Virus record (IMG/VR): IMGVR_UViG_3300018080_008436
Coordinates: 1 to 64,000 of that record
Strand: one strand, 5' to 3'
Length of the DNA stretch: 64,000 bases
The notes under the pieces were generated by a model, which worked only from the letters and a program-made list of their open reading frames with translations, made no database searches and was not told where the DNA came from. This document shows, piece after piece, positions 36,881-45,333 of this stretch (its first letter is position 1; each line of letters starts with the position of its first letter). The position numbers and the translations under genes were made by a program.

Positions 36881-37294
36881 TTATACTTCTTCCATTATTC
36901 CGACAAATTCTTGTCGAATTTCTTCTTCAACTCTGATTCTTTCTCTAAGATGTCTATGTAGTGATCTTGATCTATCGTCCCTCTGTATCGCTGTAATAAT
37001 AGGTCTATCTATGCCGTATGCATCAGAGTTTGGATCTTGATGTTGCAATAATCTAATTGATCCATCGCTTCTTCTTTCGAGTGTTCCATTCTCGAATCTT
37101 TCTTGTATAACCCAATTACCATCTGAATGTCTTACAGAGATTTGGCGTCCTTCTTCATTGAAATCGAACAATGAATCACCAAGTTTTTCAGTATAATGGG
37201 TTGTTTCTTTGATAAACTTGAAACCCTTCCATTTTGAAAGGTCATCTGTTTCAGGTGCTTCAGGTGTTGTATCTAATATGATAGGTTTAATCAT
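36881..37294 (-). CDS. MIKPIILD leader fused to unrelated body
   Basis: MIKPIILDTTP, no SVW domain. Confidence 0.75.
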   Translation of the reverse strand: MIKPIILDTTPEAPETDDLSKWKGFKFIKETTHYTEKLGDSLFDFNEEGRQISVRHSDGNWVIQERFENGTLERRSDGSIRLLQHQDPNSDAYGIDRPIITAIQRDDRSRSLHRHLRERIRVEEEIRQEFVGIMEEV

Positions 37295-37634
37295 TTTGGT
37301 AAACCCTTATATTTTCTCGATATTGTTCGCAATTAATATGGCAGTATCTTGAGCCTGTTCTTTCGCAGTTGACACATGGTAGTTGTGATATATTATCTTC
37401 AGCTTGCAAACTTTCTTGAGCTTTTATTGCTATCAGCAACAAATTAGAATCAAGGGTAGTTCGAGTATACATTGCCTGTCTCTGGGGATTGAGTTTATTT
37501 ATTGCCGCAACATGTCTATCAGCATCTTCTCGTCTCATCCATACGCCATCTATGACTCTATGTTTTGTATGAACGACGTATACGCTGACATTCTTGCCTT
37601 CTGGCTGGTTATTTAATATGATTGTTTTAATCAT
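37287..37634 (-). CDS. MIKPIILD-family paralog, Cys tail
   Basis: MIKTIILNNQ..GVWMRREDA. Confidence 0.8.
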   Translation of the reverse strand: MIKTIILNNQPEGKNVSVYVVHTKHRVIDGVWMRREDADRHVAAINKLNPQRQAMYTRTTLDSNLLLIAIKAQESLQAEDNISQLPCVNCERTGSRYCHINCEQYRENIRVYQND

Positions 37635-38038
37635 CTTTCTTGACACCTTTCGCATTGGCAATCAGTATTCAGTTCTGGTGCTACTTTTTGGTCATTGTAT
37701 TGACATCTATAGCAATCAGTTGCTTCGAAGCAATCTTGAGGGTATTGACAACCATGTTTCTTTGAGTATTCGCAGATACCTCTAAGGTCTTTTTGATTGA
37801 GGATTTCTTGTGATTGATTTTTCAATGCCTGTTCATCGATTGATCTCATAACAGTATATAGTGTTATTCCTGGGACATCTATTTGGGATGATTTTACATA
37901 GAGTTCCGCATCTTCTTTTCTTGTCCAGACGGATAACATCTCATCAACTCTTTGACCGTTGTATCTTTGTGTTACTTTCATAACAATATAGATACATTCC
38001 AACCTTTCTTGTTGGTTGAGTATGAGTGTTTTAATCAT
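37631..38038 (-). CDS. MIKPIILD-family paralog, Cys tail
   Basis: MIKTLILNQQ..SVWTRKEDA. Confidence 0.8.
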   Translation of the reverse strand: MIKTLILNQQERLECIYIVMKVTQRYNGQRVDEMLSVWTRKEDAELYVKSSQIDVPGITLYTVMRSIDEQALKNQSQEILNQKDLRGICEYSKKHGCQYPQDCFEATDCYRCQYNDQKVAPELNTDCQCERCQER

Positions 38039-38214
38039 TGCTCACCATTTCTATCTGTATAGATTGGTCCGCATGGTCCTCCGAAGTCTGTTTCAGAGCT
38101 ACCGTCTTCATATTCGGTTTGTTCATATGGGGCATCTTGCCAAGTGCCTTTAGTCTTTTTGACCTTGACCCTTTTGCCATCTTTCCATTCGTATGTCCAT
38201 TCTTCTTCTTTCAT
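38035..38214 (-). CDS. 59-aa hypothetical protein (not in ORF track)
   Basis: ATGA overlaps at both ends. Confidence 0.6.
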   Translation of the reverse strand: MKEEEWTYEWKDGKRVKVKKTKGTWQDAPYEQTEYEDGSSETDFGGPCGPIYTDRNGEQ

Positions 38215-38306
38215 CTGTTACCTGGAATTAGTTTTCCGCATTTTGGACATATAAGTGACCAAGCTGGAATTTTCTTCTTACAATGTGGACATCTTTCTTT
38301 TTTCAT
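38211..38306 (-). CDS. 31-aa zinc-ribbon peptide (not in ORF track)
   Basis: CPHC...CPKCG; ATGA overlaps. Confidence 0.6.
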   Translation of the reverse strand: MKKERCPHCKKKIPAWSLICPKCGKLIPGNR

Positions 38307-38602
38307 TTATCCCATCCCATTAAGTATCTTGCTACTTTGTGTTCTACCTTTCTTTGTTCTTTCTCTGCGAGTTGTTGTGTTATGAGACCGTTGACATGTT
38401 CCCTCATATGTGGAGGATTCATAACTCTTTCGCAGTAATATACCTCTCGTCTTCCCTGCCATGTATATGCCTCTACTTGTTGTTTAGCATCATGTTTATT
38501 ATCCCATACCGAGATGATTTCATCACCTTGAAAGACGATGTAGACCATAACTCCATCACTTGACTGTCCATCTAAAGTAATTTGTTTGACATCTGTTTTC
38601 AC
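38303..38602 (-). CDS. MIKPIILD-family paralog
   Basis: VKQITLDGQ..ISVWDNKHDA. Confidence 0.8.
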   Translation of the reverse strand: MKTDVKQITLDGQSSDGVMVYIVFQGDEIISVWDNKHDAKQQVEAYTWQGRREVYYCERVMNPPHMREHVNGLITQQLAEKEQRKVEHKVARYLMGWDK

Positions 38603-39282
38603 ATGATACCTTCGTTGACAAACGGTTTAATGATATCTGCTTTTTTCAGTTCTTCCTCATGCTCATCGTGGCATTTATCTGAGCAGAACCAGAGCCAAAT
38701 TCTTTCTCTTGGACTTTCTTTTATATGTGTAAATGTACTAGCAGTCTTTCTGGAGTTTACATCTTTCATTTCTTTGCATTGGCATCGGTAGCATACAAGT
38801 TCGGGCAATTTGTCGAGTGTATCAAGTGTTTCTTGTCTATAGATCTCAGATATCCTTATCGCTTCATCGTATTCTTTTGCAACAGCTAGAATCTCATAGG
38901 GAACCCACTTTATATCTGGATCATGTCTTCCTCTAAACATCCATATTCCATCAATTATCCTTAAAATTGCTCTTGCGTATATATGATTAAACCATCCAGT
39001 ATGATTGTCATAAACATGGTCTTCTTCATCAATAACAGATCTTTCGACTTCGACTACATCACCAGTAGTTAAGTTCATCATCACTTCATATCCGACAATA
39101 ACTGGTCTGTTGTTGATTTTTTTCTTTACAATAACTGCATTTGGATATGAAATTTTTAATTTCTCCAACATTTCTTCAGCCACATGTATTTGAGACCATA
39201 CCGAATGTGGACATGTATATTCGGGGCCTTCCCATAGTTCGTAAACAACATTTTGGTTTTCTAATATAATTGGCTTAACCAT
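38599..39282 (-). CDS. MIKPIILD-family paralog with C-terminal FCS/TRASH-like Zn finger
   Basis: MVKPIILE..HSVW; CYRC..WFCSDKC. Confidence 0.8.
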   Translation of the reverse strand: MVKPIILENQNVVYELWEGPEYTCPHSVWSQIHVAEEMLEKLKISYPNAVIVKKKINNRPVIVGYEVMMNLTTGDVVEVERSVIDEEDHVYDNHTGWFNHIYARAILRIIDGIWMFRGRHDPDIKWVPYEILAVAKEYDEAIRISEIYRQETLDTLDKLPELVCYRCQCKEMKDVNSRKTASTFTHIKESPRERIWLWFCSDKCHDEHEEELKKADIIKPFVNEGIM

Positions 39283-39824
39283 CAGAATGGAATCTCTATG
39301 TTTATCCAATCATTATTGGACTCAGTTACTGTTTCATTAGTGTCTACGTAAGGTTCTTCCTCTTTCGATTCTTGAAACTCTTCAGGGTGAGTATATTTTC
39401 TTACCATATTTTTTCTTGCCATCAGATGACCATATTTGTAGCAGAACTCCGTCATTGAGATTTCCAAATCAACTGACAGGATGAGGTGACATCTTACATG
39501 ACTTCCGTTAGATAGTTTGTAATCAACATCTATCATAACATATTGATTGTCATCTGGGAACCTATTTGACACAGCTAAGTGTCTACAGGATTGAGGGATG
39601 ATCATGTATTCTACAGGGAACGATCCCTCTTGTAGATCTTGTTTTGTATAGAGGAATGACTCATTCATACACCATGGTCTTCCTATTTTTGGAAGGATGT
39701 AGTGTCTGAGTTGTTTGTCAAAACATCTGACAATCAGATCCAGGGAATCTTCATGAAACCCTAAGACCTTTTCCAAAGTATCAAAGTGTTTATCTTGAAA
39801 TGGTAATGTAACAGTGTTTTTCAT
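39282..39824 (-). CDS. hypothetical protein (divergent leader)
   Basis: ORF in array. Confidence 0.7.
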   Translation of the reverse strand: MKNTVTLPFQDKHFDTLEKVLGFHEDSLDLIVRCFDKQLRHYILPKIGRPWCMNESFLYTKQDLQEGSFPVEYMIIPQSCRHLAVSNRFPDDNQYVMIDVDYKLSNGSHVRCHLILSVDLEISMTEFCYKYGHLMARKNMVRKYTHPEEFQESKEEEPYVDTNETVTESNNDWINIEIPF

Positions 39825-40249
39825 TATCTTAGGTTCACATCGCAGGGGACGTATCTATCTTTAAAAACTCTCAATGTTAATCGGTTTTCTACTTTGAAGA
39901 TGAATGAAGTTGTTAGTCCCTGGTAATTTACTTCAAACAGGGAGTATCCTTCGACAGTCATCCCATTCTCTCTTCTTGCTCCAGTAGGCGTTTGGGTCAT
40001 TTCTTCCCTGATTTTATATTTTTGGGTTGAGACATATAAATAGTTAGAATCTACATATGCCACATATTCTCTTCCATGACACCAGATTTCATCTTCAAAA
40101 ATCTTTATTCTTGGCAATCCTGAACTTGGGATTCTGAACTTTGATATCACCAATTGTTGAAAGAACAAATAGTTTTCCAAGGCATCACCCAATTCGATTT
40201 GAGTTGGCCTTCTTTTTGGTGTACTGCTCAATATAATTGGCTTAATCAT
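39824..40249 (-). CDS. MIKPIILS leader fused to unrelated body
   Basis: MIKPIILSSTP. Confidence 0.75.
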   Translation of the reverse strand: MIKPIILSSTPKRRPTQIELGDALENYLFFQQLVISKFRIPSSGLPRIKIFEDEIWCHGREYVAYVDSNYLYVSTQKYKIREEMTQTPTGARRENGMTVEGYSLFEVNYQGLTTSFIFKVENRLTLRVFKDRYVPCDVNLR

Positions 40250-40641
40250 CCTTGAAGATTTACCAAGTTATATTTATCTTTATATTCTTCTGGATTCATC
40301 CGCTTGTTGATTGGACCAACAAAAGTTCTCAATGCTTGTTGATAATTAACTGATCCAAAAGACATGTCGCAGATGAAGTACCCATGTCTTTGCATCCTGT
40401 TTCTTTGATCTCTGATCCTGCCATAATACGATCCTGTTCTTGATCTTGCATCAGCCCAGTGAATTCCACTCCCATATATTGTCCAATCAGAAACAGGCAT
40501 CAACATACAATATTTGAATCTTCTTCCGAAGCATTCTTCTAATGCCATTGATGTTCTGTTGTGAACTTTCAGAGTTTTTTCAATCTGAGTGAAATCTGGT
40601 ATAAACTCATTCATACTTTCTAATGTGATTATTTTAATCAT
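40246..40641 (-). CDS. MIKIITLE leader fused to unrelated body
   Basis: MIKIITLES. Confidence 0.75.
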   Translation of the reverse strand: MIKIITLESMNEFIPDFTQIEKTLKVHNRTSMALEECFGRRFKYCMLMPVSDWTIYGSGIHWADARSRTGSYYGRIRDQRNRMQRHGYFICDMSFGSVNYQQALRTFVGPINKRMNPEEYKDKYNLVNLQG

Positions 40642-41533
40642 CGGATTCTTCTCTTTGGATTTCTTGCCATGTGAGATCTTCCATGACTGTTCTGAATGTT
40701 TCCATCATCTCCCTGTCCAATTCATATTTGATTTGATCAGAGCTAGACTGTTGATCGAAATTCATCAGATATGGGGAATAATCTACGTGGTTAATATTGA
40801 TATTCATTTTGCTAAATCTTTTAATGTCATTGTAGATCTTATCATATCTTGACTGATATTCTTGATCTTTTTTCTTTGATTTAGCTCGTCTCACTTTCTC
40901 TTGATATCGTCTAAAGCATTCATCAGAGCAGAACCAGACATATTGTTCTTTGTCGGGTGATTCAAGAGTATAAATATATGCCTCTGGTCTCTCATATTTC
41001 TTTATGTCTTTGTACTCATTGGCCTTACAGTTTTTACACTCAAGTTCTGGAAGGTTTTCCAGTTCTTCGATCTGAGCAGGGATTAAAGCTCTAGCTTCTT
41101 CTATAGCTCTGTCAGCATCGACATGGATGTAGGATATCATACAATCAATCCATCCTTTTGAAAAAGCACTGGCATTAGCTCTACATTTCCAATCTCCATC
41201 TTTTTTATAGTAATTGGCTTTGGGGAAGTTTGAAGGGATGTTTAAAGCCGCTCTGTATGACATCTCCACTGTTTCCAGTTCTGGATCATAAACAATTGCT
41301 CTGGTTTCCTCAACTTCTCCAGAAAGTTTCACCCAAACTTTGTAGGCAATAACAACAGGATTGTTATTCGCTTCTTCTTCGAGGATATAAGCATCTGGTT
41401 TAGCTATAAGAAGTCTTTCCAGGTTCTCTTCTGCCAAATTTTTACTTGTCCAGATTGAGTGAATTACTCTTCCTCCTGATGAAAGAAGCTTATAGATTTT
41501 ATTATGTTCATCAAGTGTGATTGTTTTGATCAT
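40634..41533 (-). CDS. MIKPIILD-family paralog with FCS-like Zn finger
   Basis: MIKTITLDE..IHSIWTS; CKNC..WFCSDEC. Confidence 0.8.
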   Translation of the reverse strand: MIKTITLDEHNKIYKLLSSGGRVIHSIWTSKNLAEENLERLLIAKPDAYILEEEANNNPVVIAYKVWVKLSGEVEETRAIVYDPELETVEMSYRAALNIPSNFPKANYYKKDGDWKCRANASAFSKGWIDCMISYIHVDADRAIEEARALIPAQIEELENLPELECKNCKANEYKDIKKYERPEAYIYTLESPDKEQYVWFCSDECFRRYQEKVRRAKSKKKDQEYQSRYDKIYNDIKRFSKMNININHVDYSPYLMNFDQQSSSDQIKYELDREMMETFRTVMEDLTWQEIQREESDD

Positions 41534-41546
41534 TTTTAAAATTCCT

Positions 41547-42353
41547 TTAGTAATCGTCTGAGTCATCCCATCTCAATGATTCTGGGAGGTCTTCATATTC
41601 TTCATCTGAGGTTGATGCTGATTCTTCTGATGAGGACTCTTCTTCTGATTCTTCTGAAGATGATGAGGTGCCATATTCATAATTTCCTGAAGAGGTCATA
41701 TTACGGAAAGTTTGATTATTTTCCGCAAATTCAGCATGACATTCGTCTGAACAGAACCAAATGAATCTACCTCCGACAAAATTCCCCATAGTGTTTTGGC
41801 TATCCCAGTCCTTAACTTCTTTTGATCCACAGTTTCTACATGGGATATCATTAACAATTGATGGCAATACTTCTAACAGTTCTTGCCTAAAGCTCTCTAA
41901 TTTTGCAAGAGTGATTTCTCTATCCAGGTCAATTGCTTGCATGACTATTGGTCTTATGAACAACGATCCTGCGTAGATGTATCTAAACATCCACTCTTCA
42001 TTCATATATCTAACTCTTACTGGAGAGAACGTGTCATCAATATGGATTTCTTCTGTTTCAATCTTTGGTGTATTGACCCTATCTTCTCCCATTACAGTCA
42101 TCCAAACACGTTCGTCATTAAGAATATTCCCTTTAAGGTCCATTCTGATTTTACTAACCAATTTTGTATCGAAGTCTGGATTAATCTTAATTTCTTCAAT
42201 ATATGTCTCACCATACTTAGGAGTAATCAATTCAACAACTTTCTGCGCTCTTTCTTTTGAGGTCCATCTTGAGTGGATTGCTCCACCTCTTTGATGAGTC
42301 CAAACATTGTACAGTGTGTTTTGCTGTTCTAAAATGATTGGTTTAATAGTCAT
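41547..42353 (-). CDS. MIKPIILD-family paralog with FCS-like Zn finger and acidic tail
   Basis: IKPIILEQQ..IHSRWTS; CRNC..WFCSDEC. Confidence 0.8.
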   Translation of the reverse strand: MTIKPIILEQQNTLYNVWTHQRGGAIHSRWTSKERAQKVVELITPKYGETYIEEIKINPDFDTKLVSKIRMDLKGNILNDERVWMTVMGEDRVNTPKIETEEIHIDDTFSPVRVRYMNEEWMFRYIYAGSLFIRPIVMQAIDLDREITLAKLESFRQELLEVLPSIVNDIPCRNCGSKEVKDWDSQNTMGNFVGGRFIWFCSDECHAEFAENNQTFRNMTSSGNYEYGTSSSSEESEEESSSEESASTSDEEYEDLPESLRWDDSDDY

Positions 42354-43042
42354 CGCCCGAGTGATTCTCTATATTGCTTGTCATATGTCCTTTGGCAGTT
42401 AAGACTACAAAAGAACATGTTTTCTACTCCATTGCCACCGAAGACTCTGAATTCTCGTCCCATCGTCATTCCACAATCCAGATCTTTAATATAATCTGCC
42501 TTACATATACGACATTCGAGTGGCGGCATGGCTTCAAGTCTTTGTATTTCACGTACCCTTTCTTTCATCGCCTCTTCCAGAGCGAGTTCTCTTGTTTCAT
42601 GGATAGAAGTGAGAACCAACTTAAAGAATCTCATCATACCTGAGCCATCATTGTATTCTCTTTTTCTCCATTCTCCGTTCTCATTTTGAACGAAGACTGC
42701 TCTGGGGATGGGATAGATATAGGTGTCAATATTATAATGTGAGAAAACTTCTGTACGATTTTTCCATTCTCCATTTGGCCATTCGATTTGAGCACATCTT
42801 CTATCAGAGACCATTTCACATGTTGAAATATCCATTTCAAGTAGATGCCCCTCTTTCACAGAGGCTTCGTCTGCATGTATTCTAAAGCTATAGATAGAGT
42901 TATTTAAGTCTCTCTCCAAATTAAGAACGTTACAGATTCTTTCTGCTTCTTCACGAGTTGCGACTCTTATGGTCCTATCAGCTCCACTTCTCACTTCATA
43001 GATATGATCTATGCATCCCACCATAATTGATTTGACATTCAT
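42350..43042 (-). CDS. divergent paralog with FCS-like Zn finger
   Basis: CRIC..FFCSLNC. Confidence 0.75.
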   Translation of the reverse strand: MNVKSIMVGCIDHIYEVRSGADRTIRVATREEAERICNVLNLERDLNNSIYSFRIHADEASVKEGHLLEMDISTCEMVSDRRCAQIEWPNGEWKNRTEVFSHYNIDTYIYPIPRAVFVQNENGEWRKREYNDGSGMMRFFKLVLTSIHETRELALEEAMKERVREIQRLEAMPPLECRICKADYIKDLDCGMTMGREFRVFGGNGVENMFFCSLNCQRTYDKQYRESLGR

Positions 43043-43044
43043 TG

Positions 43045-43353
43045 TTATTCTCTATAATCGTCATAAATTTCTAATGTGGGGAATCCACCTACTGTTTGTG
43101 GAGGGGAGATAACAATGTTCCCCCATTCATCGATAAAATCCATTAGTTCTTTCAAAGAACCGAACTCTTTAATATCACCTTCGCAAAGTTTATGAAAATT
43201 ATCTTGGGAACCAACACTCCCTAATTTAGTTTCCTCAAAATTGAATCCAAGCTTTTCCATTTCTTTGGCTTCATCTTCAGTATAGTATGAACCCGCAGAG
43301 TTTATATGGAAGGTGTAAGAGGACTCTTCTAAAATGAGATTTACTACTTGCAT
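43045..43353 (-). CDS. hypothetical phage protein
   Basis: LEIYDDYRE C-terminus. Confidence 0.7.
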   Translation of the reverse strand: MQVVNLILEESSYTFHINSAGSYYTEDEAKEMEKLGFNFEETKLGSVGSQDNFHKLCEGDIKEFGSLKELMDFIDEWGNIVISPPQTVGGFPTLEIYDDYRE

Positions 43354-43598
43354 CTGATATCGATAACTTTTACATTGGGTGTTCTTTTGGTTATACTTTC
43401 TTTGCCAGCGAGTATTTTCATTGATTCCATAAAGTGAGCTTGTTCTTTATGTTTATAGAAGACTTGAATATATTCGCCTCTATTCTCCAATTCCCACTTA
43501 AGTACTTTAATGAGCTTAATAGCTTCTTCGCGTTTCATCCTCATGCCGATAGGATCTTTTCTTGCATCAAAGACTTTACTTCCAGCCAGGATTTTCAT
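43344..43598 (-). CDS. hypothetical protein
   Basis: ORF in operon. Confidence 0.6.
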   Translation of the reverse strand: MKILAGSKVFDARKDPIGMRMKREEAIKLIKVLKWELENRGEYIQVFYKHKEQAHFMESMKILAGKESITKRTPNVKVIDIRCK

Positions 43599-43975
43599 AG
43601 ATCAATTACCTTAACGTTTTTAGAGCGTTTAACAACTTTTGCCTCTGACGTAGGTCTGGGTCTAGGTTTGGGAATTGGTCGCGGTTCTACGTTCTCTGAC
43701 GCTCTTATATCGGACTTCTCTTGCGATTCGTTGTTTGGCAATTCCCAATATGCCATAAACAGTTCTTTCAGAATCAAAAGTGGCCAGATAAGACATTTTA
43801 GGAACCACATGTTCATGGCTTTCTTATTTCTGAAAAACGGGTCTTTGTCTTCTCCTAGAGATCCAATAACAAATGCCATGAATCCTAATACACATCCTAT
43901 ACCAGAGATGATTCCCCAAAACATGAGAATCATCTTTCCAAGTTGTTTAAGCACAATAATGTGTTCTGGATTCAT
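43595..43975 (-). CDS. membrane protein
   Basis: Two TM segments. Confidence 0.65.
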   Translation of the reverse strand: MNPEHIIVLKQLGKMILMFWGIISGIGCVLGFMAFVIGSLGEDKDPFFRNKKAMNMWFLKCLIWPLLILKELFMAYWELPNNESQEKSDIRASENVEPRPIPKPRPRPTSEAKVVKRSKNVKVIDL

Positions 43976-44295
43976 TTTTCTTCTCCGAGTATTTCATCTA
44001 ACATTCCTGGGACAGCAACTTTAATCGCTTCCTTGATATCTTCTTTTAGCCTTCCTTGGGATGCATTAAGACCTTCTCGCAAAGCTTTGATGTAACCTTT
44101 TTTAAGCTGTGTAGGATTCAAGACACATGGTTTTACAACAATCTCTGTATTTGGAGCGCATATCTTCATGGTAACGAAAATAAGATTAGCGTCCTCCATA
44201 TGTTCCCATGATGAGTGTATTTCTCCATCCATCATAATTACCCATATGTGTTCGCATTCAGGGATTTTATCTAGAATGATTGATTTTGTTGTCAT
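43972..44295 (-). CDS. MIKPIILD-family paralog
   Basis: TKSIILD..IHSSWE. Confidence 0.8.
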   Translation of the reverse strand: MTTKSIILDKIPECEHIWVIMMDGEIHSSWEHMEDANLIFVTMKICAPNTEIVVKPCVLNPTQLKKGYIKALREGLNASQGRLKEDIKEAIKVAVPGMLDEILGEEK

Positions 44296-44310
44296 TAGGA
44301 GCTAAAAGTA

Positions 44311-44565
44311 TTAGAAACTGAAAGTTGGCTCACCAGTCATCGTATCGATTCCTGGAATCAGTTCAATTTTCGGTCCAGTGGGAGTGATTTTGATGATTTC
44401 ATGGTTGCTATCATCTTTAATCATCCTTTCTTCTGGATGGGGTTTAAAATCCAGTGGTTTTGTTCTTGGGTCTGGCGGATTAGACAGAATGTAGGCAAGA
44501 AATCCGCAAAAGACCAAGATGATTAACAAAAACATGTGTTCAATTCTGAATTCAAAATTGTGCAT
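44311..44565 (-). CDS. membrane-anchored hypothetical protein
   Basis: TM segment; SD AGGAG. Confidence 0.6.
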   Translation of the reverse strand: MHNFEFRIEHMFLLIILVFCGFLAYILSNPPDPRTKPLDFKPHPEERMIKDDSNHEIIKITPTGPKIELIPGIDTMTGEPTFSF

Positions 44566-44575
44566 TGATTTTCTC

Positions 44576-45031
44576 CTAACTAATGATTTTCTCACATATT
44601 ATTAAAACGATGATCATAGAGACCCAGGCCATCAGGATTGTTGTGGCAACTTTTTCTGAGTGATTGTGGAGGAATTCTTTTATCCACTTCTTAATTTTAT
44701 AAGACCTTTTTACTTTTTCCGTTCTATCAAATTGACAATAGATGTTCATGTCCCTTTCATCAGGGAAAGTTCTTTTAAGGTTATTTTTGAAGTAATGGGC
44801 ATCCCAGTTATGAGGATTCAAATCGTTGATCCTTATCCTCTCAACATATCCTCTATCTTCACATTCATCGATATTGCGACACATATCATTGAATAACATT
44901 TCTGCATCCCACGCCGTATCCCTGATTCCAACGATTCTATCATTAAAGACGATGACATAGACAGATGCTCCACCATAACTTCTTCTGGGGGTACTGGCCA
45001 GTATGATTGGTTTGATTGTTTGGTCTTTCAT
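44576..45031 (-). CDS. MIKPIILD-family paralog with C-terminal TM
   Basis: IKPIILAS..VYVIV. Confidence 0.75.
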   Translation of the reverse strand: MKDQTIKPIILASTPRRSYGGASVYVIVFNDRIVGIRDTAWDAEMLFNDMCRNIDECEDRGYVERIRINDLNPHNWDAHYFKNNLKRTFPDERDMNIYCQFDRTEKVKRSYKIKKWIKEFLHNHSEKVATTILMAWVSMIIVLIICEKIIS

Positions 45032-45330
45032 GATATCATCTCTCTTGCCAGTGTTTCTCCTTCTTCATCAGGGATGAATCTGGCGACAATATCTCCATCT
45101 TCAAAGAAGTGAGGATCAAGTTCCTTACTACTTGGAAGTATGGCGAACTTTCTGGTTACAAGTATTTTGACCCCATCGAATGTTGTACAATGAGGATACT
45201 TGACTTTTAACATATCATACCGCTTCCCCCTAATAATTTCAAGTATCTCGAAGACAAATTTATTAGGGTTTGGCGTAGTATTCGTTTCAACTACGTAGGT
45301 AGTGTCTTTTGAGAATAATGAAAGCCCCAT
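45028..45330 (-). CDS. hypothetical phage protein
   Basis: PNP..F ... YP.C..FDG.KIL ... LDPHF. Confidence 0.7.
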   Translation of the reverse strand: MGLSLFSKDTTYVVETNTTPNPNKFVFEILEIIRGKRYDMLKVKYPHCTTFDGVKILVTRKFAILPSSKELDPHFFEDGDIVARFIPDEEGETLAREMIS

Positions 45331-45333
45331 AAA

